Source: Somniosus microcephalus
Lineage: Eukaryota
Reading direction: 5' to 3'
Length of the DNA: 64,000 nt
Assembly: GCA_052327205.1 (NCBI GenBank)
Contig: CM126205.1
Coordinates: forward strand, 201,314,001 to 201,378,000
The position numbers and the translations under genes are program-made. Positions 51,713 to 63,797 of this stretch are shown piece by piece. Positions within the stretch are counted from its first letter, which is position 1. Each line of letters starts with the position of its first letter. The notes under the pieces were generated by a model that saw only the letters and a list, made by a program, of their open reading frames with translations, was not told where the DNA came from and ran no database searches.

Positions 51713-52564
51713 GTCATAGGCACTGTGCCAGTTCATTGGAAATATTTATTTAGCACTGCTTAAGCTGGAAAAATTTTGATTTCCATGGAAATGGTTGTGT
51801 TGGATGTTGCCAAAATTGTCGCCTTTACTCCAGATTTGGAATTACAAAGTAGCAAAAACAGAAAATTAAAACTGCAAGAAAAAAATGGAGGAAGGACAAA
51901 GATGAAAGTGAAGCGAGAGAGAAATAAATTTGGCTTCATTGTGTATAGGAGGTGGCCAGGGTCAGAAGCCAGGTATGAGACATGGACTATAGGGAAAAGT
52001 AGAATGGAAAACAACAGACTTGAAAGCCCAGAAAACAAATTGTCAACATAGAATTAAGCTTGAAATAGCATTTCAGACTGCTGCACCAGCTCAAGGCCTG
52101 CTAGAAGACCATGCCGTGCCACCATTGCAGTTGCCCAGCTGCATACTGTTTAGTGACCAGGGGAGTAAGCAAGACCACAACTTAAGGAGTGCCAACTGTA
52201 TATGCACCAGAGGAGCTAGGAGCTGAGCTCTTAGACAATTTGTTAGTGGTAGACCAAGAAGTATAGCAATGCAACACATTTCAAAACAAGTGATCGACCT
52301 AAACATCATAGTCCAACCTTCCTATTAATGTCACACAGATGAGAGAGACTCAAAGCCTTGTCACTTGGCAGTGTGACCAAGCACATTGTGAACCAATGGA
52401 GGATGGGGATCCACAGAAGATTAAAGTGCAGTAAAAGCTGCATCAACTCGGAGTACTAAACCTTTACTATTATTCTGTCAGGAATGCCACAGACCATCAA
52501 CTAGTTTTCACAAGAAAAGACAATACAATTACTTACTAACATTTAAGTAGAAAAAACACAATAC

Positions 52565-52695
52565 CTGGAGTTAGGCGTTCCTTTGTCCTGGGAGGCACCT
52601 GCTGCTTCAAATGAATTTCTTTGGTGGCAGCTCTGCATTCTGATTTCTGGAGGTACAGAGTCCAGCTGAACAGTTTCACAAACCACCTGAAAACC
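52565..52695 (-). CDS. UNC80: UNC80 coding exon: GFQVVCETVQLDSVPPEIRMQSCHQRNSFEAAGASQDKGTPNS(R)
   Basis: AG/GT ends, 131 nt, phase 0->2. Matches the human GLQVVCETFQSDS...NSFD segment. Confidence 0.88.
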
Positions 52696-53779
52696 CTTTG
52701 AATCATTAAAGCAAATGAATTAACTTTTGGGTGATTATGCTGGCATTTTCATACCCAATTCAAAGTAATGAGATTATATGGCACTCTTATTTTCAAGATA
52801 TATCACAATAACAGTAAACAATAATGAATAATGAATAATTTGCACTTATGTCACTAGCTAATTTACAGAGCTGCTAAAAGTGAAATGTAACATTTATTTC
52901 ATTTTCATACAAACTATTAAAAAAAACAGCACAATGGCACAGGATACCAGAGCTCCAACACGTTGTGCAGAATTGGTAAAATACAGGATTGCAGATTTAT
53001 ATCGAGTTCTTGAACTGAGCGGGATACTGAGTTGAAGGAAGGCATTTGAGAGCACCCCTTAGTGTATTGTACTTTTCCCTTCCACAAAGAAATCTGTGTG
53101 GAACTACTTCCAGTAATGAATGAATCCTGCCAGTAATTCAGTTTGTTTTTCCCAAAAGGAATCCTATATAATTTAGCCCCCAAGAACATGTGCCACACTC
53201 CTCTACTCAAGCGCCATCTATCAAGTCTTTATATTCTTTCAACAGCCCTATCCAACAATCTGTCAATACCAAGGAGAAATTAAAATAGCAATGGAGGTGA
53301 ATTTCCTTGAGGCTTCTCCTGTTCCAGCGCCGTGACTTTGGCGGGATTCCCACCAAACTTACGCCGGTGGAGTGGGAGAAGCCCCGAGGAAATTCAGCTC
53401 TAATATTTATTTTGTGCTATTTATATTGCAAATGTGCTTTAAGCCCTGGCCCTGCCTCCCTGCACACATTTGCCATGCTCAAAGAGCCTATTCAAATGAA
53501 GAAGAAGAGTGCACCTTGCAAAATTTGGAGAGGCCAGTTTTCCCGACTGCCGGAGCGGATGTATCCACGCCACAGGGAATTGCATTTGCTGATTACCCTG
53601 GACACTCAAAATCAGGGCTATATAGTTACTATATACATCAGCATTTTTGTTTCAATTTAGCAAAGTTGACAAATATACAAAAGCCACCAAGCACCAAATG
53701 TTTATGTGGTCAAATGCAATCCAAGTCAAATCATTTGTGTTTTTGTTTTAAATCAAGTAGTATCAAAAGATTGGGAGAG

Positions 53780-56712
53780 ACAGATAGCACTAAAGTAAGA
53801 AATAGTAAGGTATTAGGTGGGGTCAGAATAAGAGGGAACACAGGATGGTCGAAGATAGGTTTACAGTTGAATGTTTGTGAACACACTGAGTATAGTAAGC
53901 AAGGTTGGTGAGCTGCAGGCGCAAATAGCCACATGGGAATATGATGTTGTGACGATAGCAGAGACCTGGCTCAAAAAAGGGCAGGATTGGGTATTAAATA
54001 TTCCTGGATATAAGATGTTCAGGAATGAAAGGGAAGGAATGATAGGTGGTGGTGTGGCAGTATTGGTTAAGGAGAATGTTACAGTGCTGGAGAGAGAGGA
54101 TGTCCTGAAGGGGTCAAGGACCAAATCTATATGGCTAGAGTTAAGAAACAATAGAGGTGCCATTACACTACTAGGTGTATTCTATAGGCCACCAACTAGT
54201 GGGAAAAATTGGAGGAGCAAATTTGCAGAGAAATTACAGAGAGATGCAAGAACTATAGAGTAGTGATAATGGGGGACTTCAACTATCCTAATATAGACTG
54301 GGATAGTAATAGTGTAAAGGGCAGAGAGGGGAAAGAATTTCTGAAGTGTTCAGGAGAACTGTCTTGATCAGTATGTTTCCAGCCCAATGAAGCATTGCTG
54401 GATCTGGTTCTGGGGAATGAGGTAGGTCAAGTGGAGCAAGTGTCAGTAGGTGAACATTTAGGGAACAGTGATCATAGTATAAGGTTTAGATTAGCTATGG
54501 AAAAGGACAGGGAGCAATCTAGAGTCAAAATACTTAATTGGAGGAAGGTCAATTTCAGTGGGATGAGAACAGATCTGGCCTGGGTAAATTGGAATCAAAG
54601 ATTGGCAGGCTAAACTGTAGTGGAACAATGGGCTGCCTTTAAAGAGGAAATAGTTTGGGTACAGTTGAGGTACATTCTCACAAGGGGAAAGGTAGGGCAA
54701 CTAAAGTCAGAGCTCCCTGGATGACGAAAGAGAGAGAAAGATGAAGCAGAAAAAGGGGCGTATGATCGATGTCAGGTTGAGAATACATCTGAGAATCAAG
54801 TTAAATATAGAAAGTTCAGAGGAGAAGTGAAAAAGAAAATAAGAGGGGCAAAGAGAGGGTATGAGAATAGAATGGCAGCTAACATAAAGGTAATCCAAAA
54901 GTCTTCTACAGGCATATAAATAGTAAATGGGTAGTAAGAGGAGGGGTGGGGCTGATTAGGGACCCAAAAAAGAGACCTATGCATGGAGGCAGAGGGTATG
55001 GCTGAGGCACTAAATGAATACTTTGCATCTGTCTTCACCAAGGAAGAAGAAGCTGCCACCGGCATAGTGAAGGAGGAGGTAGAGGAGGTACTGGATGGGA
55101 TAAAAATTGATGAAGATGAGATACTAGAAAGGCTGGCTATACTTAAAGTAAATAAGTCAGCAGGAGTGGATGGGATGCATTCTAGGACGCCGAGGGAAGT
55201 AAAGGAAGAAATTGCGGAAGTACCGGCCATAATCTTCCAATCCTCCTTAGATACGGGGGTGGTGCCAGAGGACTGGAGAATTGCAAATGTTACACCCTTG
55301 TTCAAAAAAGGGTGTAAAGATAAACCCAGCAACTATAGGCCAGTCAGGGGAAGCTTTTAGAAACAATAATCAGGGACAAAATTAACAGCCACTTGGACAA
55401 GTGTGGATTAATTAAGGAAAGCCAGCACGGATTTGTTAAAGGCAAATCGTGTTTAACCAACTTGATCGAATTTTTTGATGAGGTAACAGAGGGGGTTGAT
55501 GAGGGCAATGCAGTTGACGTGGTGTACATGGATTTCTAAAAGGCGTTTGACGAAGTGCCACATAATAGGCTTGCCAGCAAAGTTGAAGCCCATGGAATAA
55601 AAGGGGCACTGGCAGCATGGATACAAAATTGGCTAAGTGACAGGAAACAGAGAGTAGTGGTGAACGGTTGTTTTTCGGACTGGAGGAAGGTATACAGTGC
55701 TATTCCCCAGGGGTCGGTTCTAGGACCATTGCTTTTCTTGATATATATTAATGACTTGGATGTGGGTGTACAGGGCACAATTTCAAAGTTTGCAGATGAC
55801 ACAAAACTTGAAACTATAGTGAACAGTGAGGAGGATAGTGATAGACTTCAAGAGGACATAAACAGGCTGGTGAAATGGGCAGACACGTGGCGGATGAAAT
55901 TTAACACAGAAAAATGCGAAATGATATTCTTTCTACCAAAATGTGAGGAGAAGAAATATAAACTAAAGGGTACAATCCTGAAGGGGGGTGCAAGAACAGA
56001 GAGACCTAGGGGTATATGTGCACAAATTGTTGACGGTAGCAAGGCAGGTTGAGAAAGCAGTTAAAAAAGCATACGGGATCCTGGGCTTCATGAATAGAGG
56101 TATAGAGTACAAAAGCATGGAAATTATGAGGAACCTGTATAAAACACTGGTTCGGCCTCAACTGGAGTATTGTGTCCAATTCTGGGCACTGCACATTAGG
56201 AAGGATGTGAAGGCCTTAGAGAGGGTGCAGAAAAGATTTACGAGAATGATTCCAGGGATGAGGGACTTCAGTTACTTGGATAGACTGGAGAAGCAGGGGT
56301 TGTTCTCCTTAGAGCAGAGAAGATTGAGGGGAGATTTGATAGAGGTATTCAAAATCATGAGGGCTCTGGACAGAGTAGATAGAAAGAAACTGTTCCTATT
56401 GGCAGAGGGGTCAAAAACCAGAGGTCACAGATTTAAGGTGAATGGCAAAAGAACCAAAGGCAACATAAGAAAAATCTTTTTTACGCAGTGAGTGTTTAGG
56501 ATCTGGAATGGACTGCCTGAAAGGGTGGTGGAGGCAGACTCAATCACGGCTTTCAAAAGGGAGTTGGATAAATACCTGAAGGAAAAAAAATTGCAGGACT
56601 ACGGGGAAAGGAAGGGGGGACTGGGACTAGCTGAGGTGCTCTTGCAGAGAGCCGGCATGGGCTCAACGGGCCGAATGGCCTTCTTCCGCGCTGTAACCAT
56701 TCTATGATTCTA
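53780..56712 (+). mobile_element. CR1 LINE, near-complete degraded ORF2 with tail
   Basis: APE (ETWLKKGQDW, GVFYRPP) and RT ([25 protein letters not shown]) fragments. Tail ending ttctatgattcta. Confidence 0.92.
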
Positions 56713-57049
56713 GGAGTATCTTTTTTGTGTGATGTGTTTGTATGGATATGGGAAATATGCTAACACAGCTTATGTAATAATACAGTCAAGCAGGTTAATA
56801 AAATTATCCAGAAAACTAAAGGAGCTACACAATTAAATACATTGATGGGATCCATGTTTGGCCCTTAATTCTAATAGATAGCCTGTCACTTCATAAAATT
56901 TTAAAAATAATATTCACTGAAATATCATGTTGTCTGAAATATATAACGGCCTGTGAATATCAATGCTTACATTAAAACAGCGGAAGAATTTCACACAAGC
57001 ACATTGTTTTCATATGCTAATATTGCATGTCATGATTTTAAGGACAGTG

Positions 57050-57283
57050 ATGGTGGGGAAGTCCAGAACAAGGGAGGATACCCTTAAAATCAGAGCCAGG
57101 CCATTTGGGGTGGTGTCAGGAAGCACTTCTTCACACAAAGGGTAGTGGAAATATGGAACTCTCTCTTTCCCAAAAAGCTGTTGAGGCTGGGTCAATTGAA
57201 AATTTCAAGATGGAGATTGATAGATTTTTGATAGATAACGATATTCAGGGATATGGACCCAAGGCAGGTAAATGGAGTTAAGA
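57050..57283 (+). mobile_element. CR1 3' fragment hosting the Penelope insertion (resumes at 59518-59580)
   Basis: ggggaagtccagaacaaggg...cacttcttcacacaaagggtagtgg...ggatatgg, continuing after the Penelope element as gatacagatt...gaatggtggaacaggctcgag. Confidence 0.8.
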
Positions 57284-57381
57284 CGATAGCAAAATACTGC
57301 AGATGCTGGAAATCCAAAATAACAACAGAAAAATGCTGGAAAAACTCAGCAGGCCAGGCAACATCCGTGGAGAGAAATTAG

Positions 57382-57417
57382 AGTCGACGTTTCGGGTCAA
57401 AACCCTTTATCAAGACT
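57382..57417 (-). ncRNA. Minimal type I hammerhead ribozyme motif (U3-A8 core variant), left arm
   Basis: The reverse complement reads AGUC UUGAUAA A GGGU UUUG ACCC GAAA CGUC GACU. Confidence 0.75.
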
Positions 57418-59420
57418 AAAGAGGCACAGGGAATGAAATAGATTAAGAGGCCGGGCTGGGAGAGAACAAAAGAGAAGAGACATTAAGAGGTATTCAAAAC
57501 GAGATGAGATGATGATAGGACTAGTGGAGACAAAAGACAGCTCTAGATTAGGTGTGAAATGCGCTGGCAGAATGGGAGACAGCTGCCATGTGGGAGAGAG
57601 AAAAAAAAAGGAATGGTGGTGTGGGGGGGGGCGGGAAAAACCAAAACAAAGGTGTGGATAAAAAATATAAGTAAAAATGTAATAGGGGCCGAGATTATGA
57701 TCTGAAATTGTTGAACTCGATATCGAGTCCGGAAGGCTGTAAAGTGCCTAATCGGAAGATGAGGTGCTGTTCCTCGAGTTTACGTTGAGCTTCCGTGGAA
57801 CAATGCAAGAGGCCAAGGACGGTGAGGTCCGAGGGGGAATGGAGCGGTGAATTAAAATGACAGGCGACCGGAAGCTCGGGGTCCCTACGGACTGAACGGA
57901 GGTGTTCCGCAAAGCGGTCACCCAATCTGCATTTGGTCTCCCCAATGTAGAGGAGACCGCATTGTGAGCAGCGAATACAGTATACTAGATTGCAAGAAGT
58001 ACAAGTAAATCGCTGTTTCACCTGGAAGGGGTGTTTGGGGCCCTGGACAGTGGGAAGTAGGGAGGTATAAGGGCAGGTGTTACATCTCCTGCGCTTGCAC
58101 GGGAAAGTGCCAGGGGAAGGGGTGCTGGGGGTGAAAGAGGAGTGGACTAGGGTGTCTCGGAGGGAGCGGTCCGTACGGAATGCTGAAAGGGGAGGGGAGG
58201 GGAAGATGCGTTTGGTGGTGGGATCACTTTGGAGGTAGCGGAAATGGCAGAGGATGATCCGTTGAATATGGAGGCTGGTGGGGTGAAAGGTGAGGACAAG
58301 GGGAACCCTATCGTGGTTGAGGGAGGGGCAGGGGTGAGGGCAGAAGTGCGGGAGATAGAACGGACACGGTCGAGGGCCGTGTCAACCACGGTAGAGGGGA
58401 ATCCTTGGTTGAGGAAAAAGGAAGACCTGTCGGAAGCACTGGTGTGGAAGGTGGCATCGTCGGAGCAGGTGCGGCGGAGACGGAGAAATTGGGAGAATGG
58501 AATAGAGTCCTTACAGGAGGTGGGGTGGGAGGATGTGTAGTCCAGGTAGCTGTGGGAGTCAGTGGGCTTGTAGTGAATATTGGTCAATAACCTATCCCCA
58601 GAGATGGAGACGGAGAAGTCGAGGAAGGGAAGGGAAGAGTCAGAGGTGGACCATGTGAAGGTGAGGGAAGGGTGGAAATTGGAGGCAAAGTGAATGAAAT
58701 TGTCTAGTTCAAGGCGAGAGCAGGAAACGGCACCGATACAGTCATCAATATATCGGAAAAGAGGTGAGGGACTGGAACAAAGAGTGTTCCACATATCCCT
58801 CGAAAAGGCAGGCATAGCTAGGACCCATGCGGGTACCCATAGCAACATCTTTGATTTGGAGGAAATGAGTGGAGTTAAAGGAGAAGTTGTTCAATGTGAG
58901 AACAAGTTCAGCCAGGCGGAGGAGGGTGGTGGTGGATGGGGACTGGTTGGGCCTCTGTTCAAGGAAGAAGCAGAGTGCCCTCAGGCTATCCTGGTGGGAG
59001 ATGGAGGTGTAGAGGGATTGTACGTCCATGGTGAAAAGGAAGCGGTTGGGGCCAGGAAACTGGAAACTGTTAAAGTGGCGGAGGGCGTCCAAAGAGTCGC
59101 GGATGTAGGTGGGAAGAGACTGGACAAGGGGAGAAAAGATAGAGTCGAGATAGGAAGATAAGTTCCGTGGGGCAGGAACAGGCTGAAACGATGGGTCTAC
59201 CAGGGCAGTCCTGTTTGTGGATCTTGGGAAGGAGGTTCTCTCTCCCACATGGCAGCTGTCTCCCATTCTGCCAGCGCATTTCACACCTAATCTAGAGCTG
59301 TCTTTTGTCTCCACTAGTCCTATCATCATCTCATCTCGTTTTGAATACCTCTTAATGTCTCTTCTCTTTTGTTCTCTCCCAGCCCGGCCTCTTAATCTAT
59401 TTCATTCCCTGTGCCTCTTT

Positions 59421-59456
59421 AGTCTTGATAAAGGGTTTTGACCCGAAACGTCGACT
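59421..59456 (+). ncRNA. Minimal type I hammerhead ribozyme motif (U3-A8 core variant), right arm
   Basis: agtc ttgataa a gggt tttg accc gaaa cgtc gact: stem I AGUC/GACU, stem II GGGU/ACCC, palindromic ACGU stem III, GUC cleavage triplet ending at 59452. Confidence 0.75.
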
Positions 59457-59650
59457 CTAATTTCTCTCCACGGATGTTGCCTGGCCTGCTGAGTTTTTCC
59501 AGCATTTTCTGTTGTTATAAATGGAGTTAAGATACAGATTAACGTAATCTAATTGAATGGTGGAACAGGCTCGAGAGGATGTACACTTGTTTTTATATGA
59601 TATAGATACGGGAAAGTATACAGAAATGAGTTAGCTAACTAAATACTCAC

Positions 59651-59715
59651 CGTTGTTCCAGATTTATCAGAATCACAAGATGTTCCTCTGTTGTTTAAGG
59701 GTGAAGTTCTCTTAG
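59651..59715 (-). CDS. UNC80: UNC80 coding exon (first in window): (A)KRTSPLNNRGTSCDSDKSGTT
   Basis: Acceptor ttttctttctag, donor gtgagt, 65 nt, phase 1->0. Resembles the human AKRSSPINSQSRTCES segment (from memory) and is phase-compatible with the next exon. Confidence 0.8.
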
Positions 59716-60053
59716 CTAGAAAGAAAAAGTCATAAGTCACCAGCAAACAAGAGTTTAGATTTTCCACTGTCAGCTGCCCATTTTAGCAATGTAAATTGGA
59801 CAGATGGCAGCGGAAACTGGGCAGGAATTCTGTTCTCCTGGAACTCTAGCCATTTTATGTCTCGTGTGTGGGGACTGGTGCTGTAGGAACTGCCACCTCA
59901 TAGGCGGATACTTCATTTAAGTATTCATTTGGGGTTAATGACATCCTGCACACCATTTCCTGATGTTTGGACATTCCTTTAAAATGAGCATCTAGCATTG
60001 CTAGGAAATCAGCGGCAACAATAGCCGATATAAAGGCCACAGGTAAACATATT

Positions 60054-61924
60054 GGGGTCAATTTTCTGGCAGCCGTCGGGCGGCTTTCCAGGCGGCCGAA
60101 AATCACCGAAAAAGCGGGTCGTGACCCCGCCCCCCCAGCCTGATTCCCCGCCCCGTCCGACTTTCGGACCGCCGTTTCTCTCCGACCCGCTTCAGTCCCG
60201 CCCGCCGCTGGCGGGACTGGCCGTCAGAACAGTAATGATCAATTATCACCTTGTTTAAGCCGATTTTAGGCTGCCCTTGCGACTTTCAGGGGTTCCCCAC
60301 GCAAAACACGCCTGCGGGGAACCCCGCTGATGAGACCTGGCGTGAAGCTTGCCGGCTTGCTTGCTGTCAGCTGCAGGTCAATCGGAGAAGCTGCGATTTA
60401 AAGGGACAGCACTTGTATGTTGAAGGACCTTGTTGTTGCAGGTTTGGGGCTACTTCTTCAAGGCTTAGGCAGAGCTGTGGAAGGTTGGAGCCTCGCACAC
60501 TTCTCCAATGCGATCTCCTGGGAAGCCCCTCTCGCCACCCTCACTCAGCGCTTCCTCAGCGGAGGCATCTACGAGAAGCATGGGACGCCTTTTTTTCCCC
60601 CTTCCTTTCTTGCCATTAGAGGATCTCCAGCAGAGGCGGCAGCAGCAGAACCAGGAACAGCAGGATGAGCACCACGAGCACCAGGCTGCTGCTCACTCAC
60701 CTGAAGCTGCACAGGCCAGAAGGGGCCAGCGCTTGGAGTGGCTTGAGAGCACCTTGCTGCACTTTAGGGGGCCATGGGGACCCGTTTCTGCACTGGCAGT
60801 CCAACTCAGAAGGACTTCCATGAAGCTCTGGTTTCTCTGTTCAACAGATGGCCAACGCTCCTCAAGAGATGTCATTCTCTTATGAGGACTCACCATGTTT
60901 TCCATACCCTGGCGAGTTATCTCCTCCATGGAGGTTGCTAACCTTTCCATGGTGATGCGTTCATGCACCAATGACTCCACAAAGGCTCTGCTCATGGTCA
61001 CCATGGACTCCTCCATTCGCTCCACACTTGCAGCGACCCTGGCGACAAAACCTGCCAGAGACTCCTGCATCTGTGCATGGAGATCCATTACCTCTTCTCT
61101 TGCGGATGGACCCAGAGGCAGAGGGTCGACATGCAGCGCAGCTGAGCTGGCAGAGTCCTGCGCCCTCCGACGAGGACTCTCCACTGCTGTCCCTGTCTCC
61201 AGAATCTGCTGAGGCTCACTTGTGAGCTGTGAAACACCAGGTGACAACACTACTCTATGTCCTGAAGGTCCCCCCGAGGTGTGGGTGTCTGCGCTGGTGC
61301 TGGGTTCGCTTACTTCTGCTGACGCTGCGCCCTCAGAGGTTGGAGCTTCCTCTGAGGAGTCTGGCTGCACAGCCTCTTCCTCCTCCACAGTGAGGACGGG
61401 GGCTCTGGATGGTACTGTGGGGGAGTTAAGGAAGGAGTTAGAGATGTAATGCCAAGGTTCTTCTGGTGACTCCCAGCGAGTTAGCATCTGCTGACACCTG
61501 CATCCATGCAGCATTGGTCTCAGTGGGAGGCCTCTTCCTCCCTGACCTAGGGAAGAGGACCTCCCTGTGGGCCCTAACCCCATCCAATAATGCCTGCAGT
61601 GAAGCCTCGTCGAATTTGAAGGCAGCTTGGCCTCTGCCGCTGGCAGCAGCTGGTGCAGGCTCCTCTGCCATTGTGCAAGAGTGGTTGAGAAGCCTGCAGA
61701 GGTGGAGAAGCTTGCTGGACACTTTGAAAGCACCACGAATGATGACATCATACTGTGGGGATTTCTGACTCGAATTGGACAATTAGCAAGGCTTCCCACA
61801 TGCTGGGAATTAATTGGCCACTTGAGGGAAAATTGCGTGGAGCTGGCTGACACTTTTTTATGTGTCAGAAACCCCACATTCGGGGAAACCCGACCATTTC
61901 CCACACAAGCTGAAAATCGGGGCC
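60054..61924. mobile_element. Harbinger deletion derivative with Myb/SANT + coiled-coil remnants (-) and a probable transposase N-terminus (+)
   Basis: TIRs ggggtcaattttc / gaaaatcggggcc, ATT TSD on both sides. Minus strand FKFDEASLQALLDGVRAHREVLFPRSGRKRP...AWMQVSADANSLGVTRRT; convergent plus-strand MGRLFFPLP...QRRQQQNQEQQ. Confidence 0.85.
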
Positions 61925-62604
61925 ATTGCATCTGCAATGTTTCAGTCACCTTTGACCCTTTTTGCTAATTAAAAGGTTGTGTGTTTTTGACACTTGAGTT
62001 CGCATTTGTGCCAATTGTTCCTTATTAAAACTGCAGTTTGGCTACACCTCCTTGCAATGCTGATAGAACCATGGTGTATCACAAAGGGCCACACTCCGTA
62101 CAAGCTCCTCATACAGCATCACCGCTACTTCAGCAGCCATCAAACAGAGGTCAGGTGCTGGCTGCCCCATCACTTGCTTGCAGACTTGTGCCTGCATCTT
62201 GGAATTTCTTTCCCTCCATTTTTGCCTTCTCCCTTTAACCTTGCCAAAACCTGCTAATGGGTTGAGATGCTTTGAGTCTTTCCAAAGGCTTTCAGAATTT
62301 TTATCCCCCTATTCAGACAGTCCCCTTCAATTGAACCCTTCCCTGTTAAATTTCAACTCGCACAAAATTTTCATCTCCCACCAGCTGTCCAATTCTGCAC
62401 CTGAATCTACTCAAATATGCTAATCTTGGAAAACTGGGTGCAAACAGCAAATTTCTGTGAGATTCAGGTCTAAACTGCATCCATAGCTCAAAATATAGGG
62501 TAGGATGTGAAAGAAATATCAAATTGTGCGATTATAGATCAAGCTATCACAAACAGCTGATACTAGTGCTTTTTTTTTTTAAAAAAGGCCTTAAAAATTG
62601 CACT

Positions 62605-63797
62605 TGTGGTGTATTTGGACTTTCAAAAGGCTTTCGATAAGGTCCCGCATAAGAGATTAGCATGTAAAATTAAGGCACATGGGATTGGGGGCAAGGTATT
62701 GACTTGGATAGAGAACTGGTTGGCAGACAGAAAGCAAAAAGTTGGAATAAACGGGTCTTTTTCCGAGTGGCAGGCAGTGACTAGTGGGGTACCGCAGGGA
62801 TCGGTTCTTGGACCCCAGCTATTCACAATATATATTAATGATCTAGACGAGGGAACTAGATGTAATATCTCCTAGTTTGCAGACGACACAAAGCTGGGTG
62901 GGCGTGTGTGCTGTGAGGAGGATGCCGAGAAACTCCAGTATGATTTGGACAGGTTGGGTGATTGGGCAGAAGCATGGCAGATGCAATATAACGTGGATAA
63001 ATGCGAGGTTATCCACTTTGGTGTCAAAAACAGGAAGGCAGATTATCTGAATGGCAACAAATTGGGAGAAGGGGAAGTGCAACGAGACCTGGGTGTCCTT
63101 GTGCACCAGTCGCTGAAGGTAAGCATGCAGGTGCAGCAGGCGGTTAAAGAAGGCAAATGGTATGTTGGCCTTCGTAGCGAGAGGGTTTGAGTACAGGAAC
63201 AAGGATGTCTTGCTGCAGCTGTACAGGGCCTTGGTGAGACCACATCTTGAGTATTGTGTGCAGTTTTGGTCGCCTTATCTGAGGAAGGATGTTCTTGCCA
63301 TGGAGGGAGTGCAGCGAAGATTCACCAGGTTGATACCTGGAATGGCAGGAATGACGTATGAGGAGAGATTGGGTCGATTGGGCTTATACTCGCTGGAGTT
63401 TAGCAGAATGAGAGGGGATCTCATTGAAACTTATAAAATTCTAACAAGACTAGACAGACTAGATGCAGGAAGGATGTTCCCGATGGTTGGGGAGCCCAGA
63501 ACCAGGGGTCACAGTCTAAGGATAGGGGTAAGCCATTTAGGACAGAGATGAGGAGGAATTTCTTCACCCAGAGAGTGGTGAACCTGTGGAATTCTCTACC
63601 ACGGAAGGCAGTAGAGGCCAATTCATTAAATATATTCAAGAAGGAGTTGGATATATTTCTTAAGGCTAAAGGGATCAAGGGATATGGAGAGAAGGCAGGA
63701 ACGGGGTACTGAATTTGGATGATCAGCCATGATCTCATTGAATGGCGGAGCAGGCTCAAGGGGCCGAATGGCCTGCTCCTATCTTCTATGTTTCGAT
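62605..63797 (+). mobile_element. Young 5'-truncated CR1 (same subfamily as 26483-31058 and 21835-22389)
   Basis: RT pieces 62606-62875, 62906-63190 and 63162-63551, nearly identical to 29840-31040. Possible tgcac TSD. Confidence 0.93.

Larger units (their letters stand above)
57284..59517 (-). mobile_element. Penelope-like element (partial RT + GIY-YIG endonuclease) with inverted pseudo-LTR arms
   Basis: RT motifs PKIHKQDCPGRPIVS, LFTMDVQSLYTSI, MGTRMGPSYACLF, FRYIDD. GIY-YIG motif NLVYCIRCSQCGLLYIGET. 15-bp TSD taaatggagttaaga (57269-83 / 59518-32). Confidence 0.95.

Noticed and set aside
51050-53260. Several short ORFs in this interval
   Set aside because: Apart from the UNC80 exon and the hAT MITE, the interval looks like highly decayed LINE remnants; no coding signal or precise boundaries can be supported.
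60693-61949. 418-aa ORF as a standalone gene
   Set aside because: It crosses the transposon terminus and two deletion junctions, and the Myb domain is in a different frame, so it is a chimeric read-through of a Harbinger derivative.
59751-62475. Outer MITE enclosing the 60054-61924 Harbinger element (agtttaga / tctaaact)
   Set aside because: Only an 8-bp inverted match and no clear TSD; the boundaries cannot be supported.
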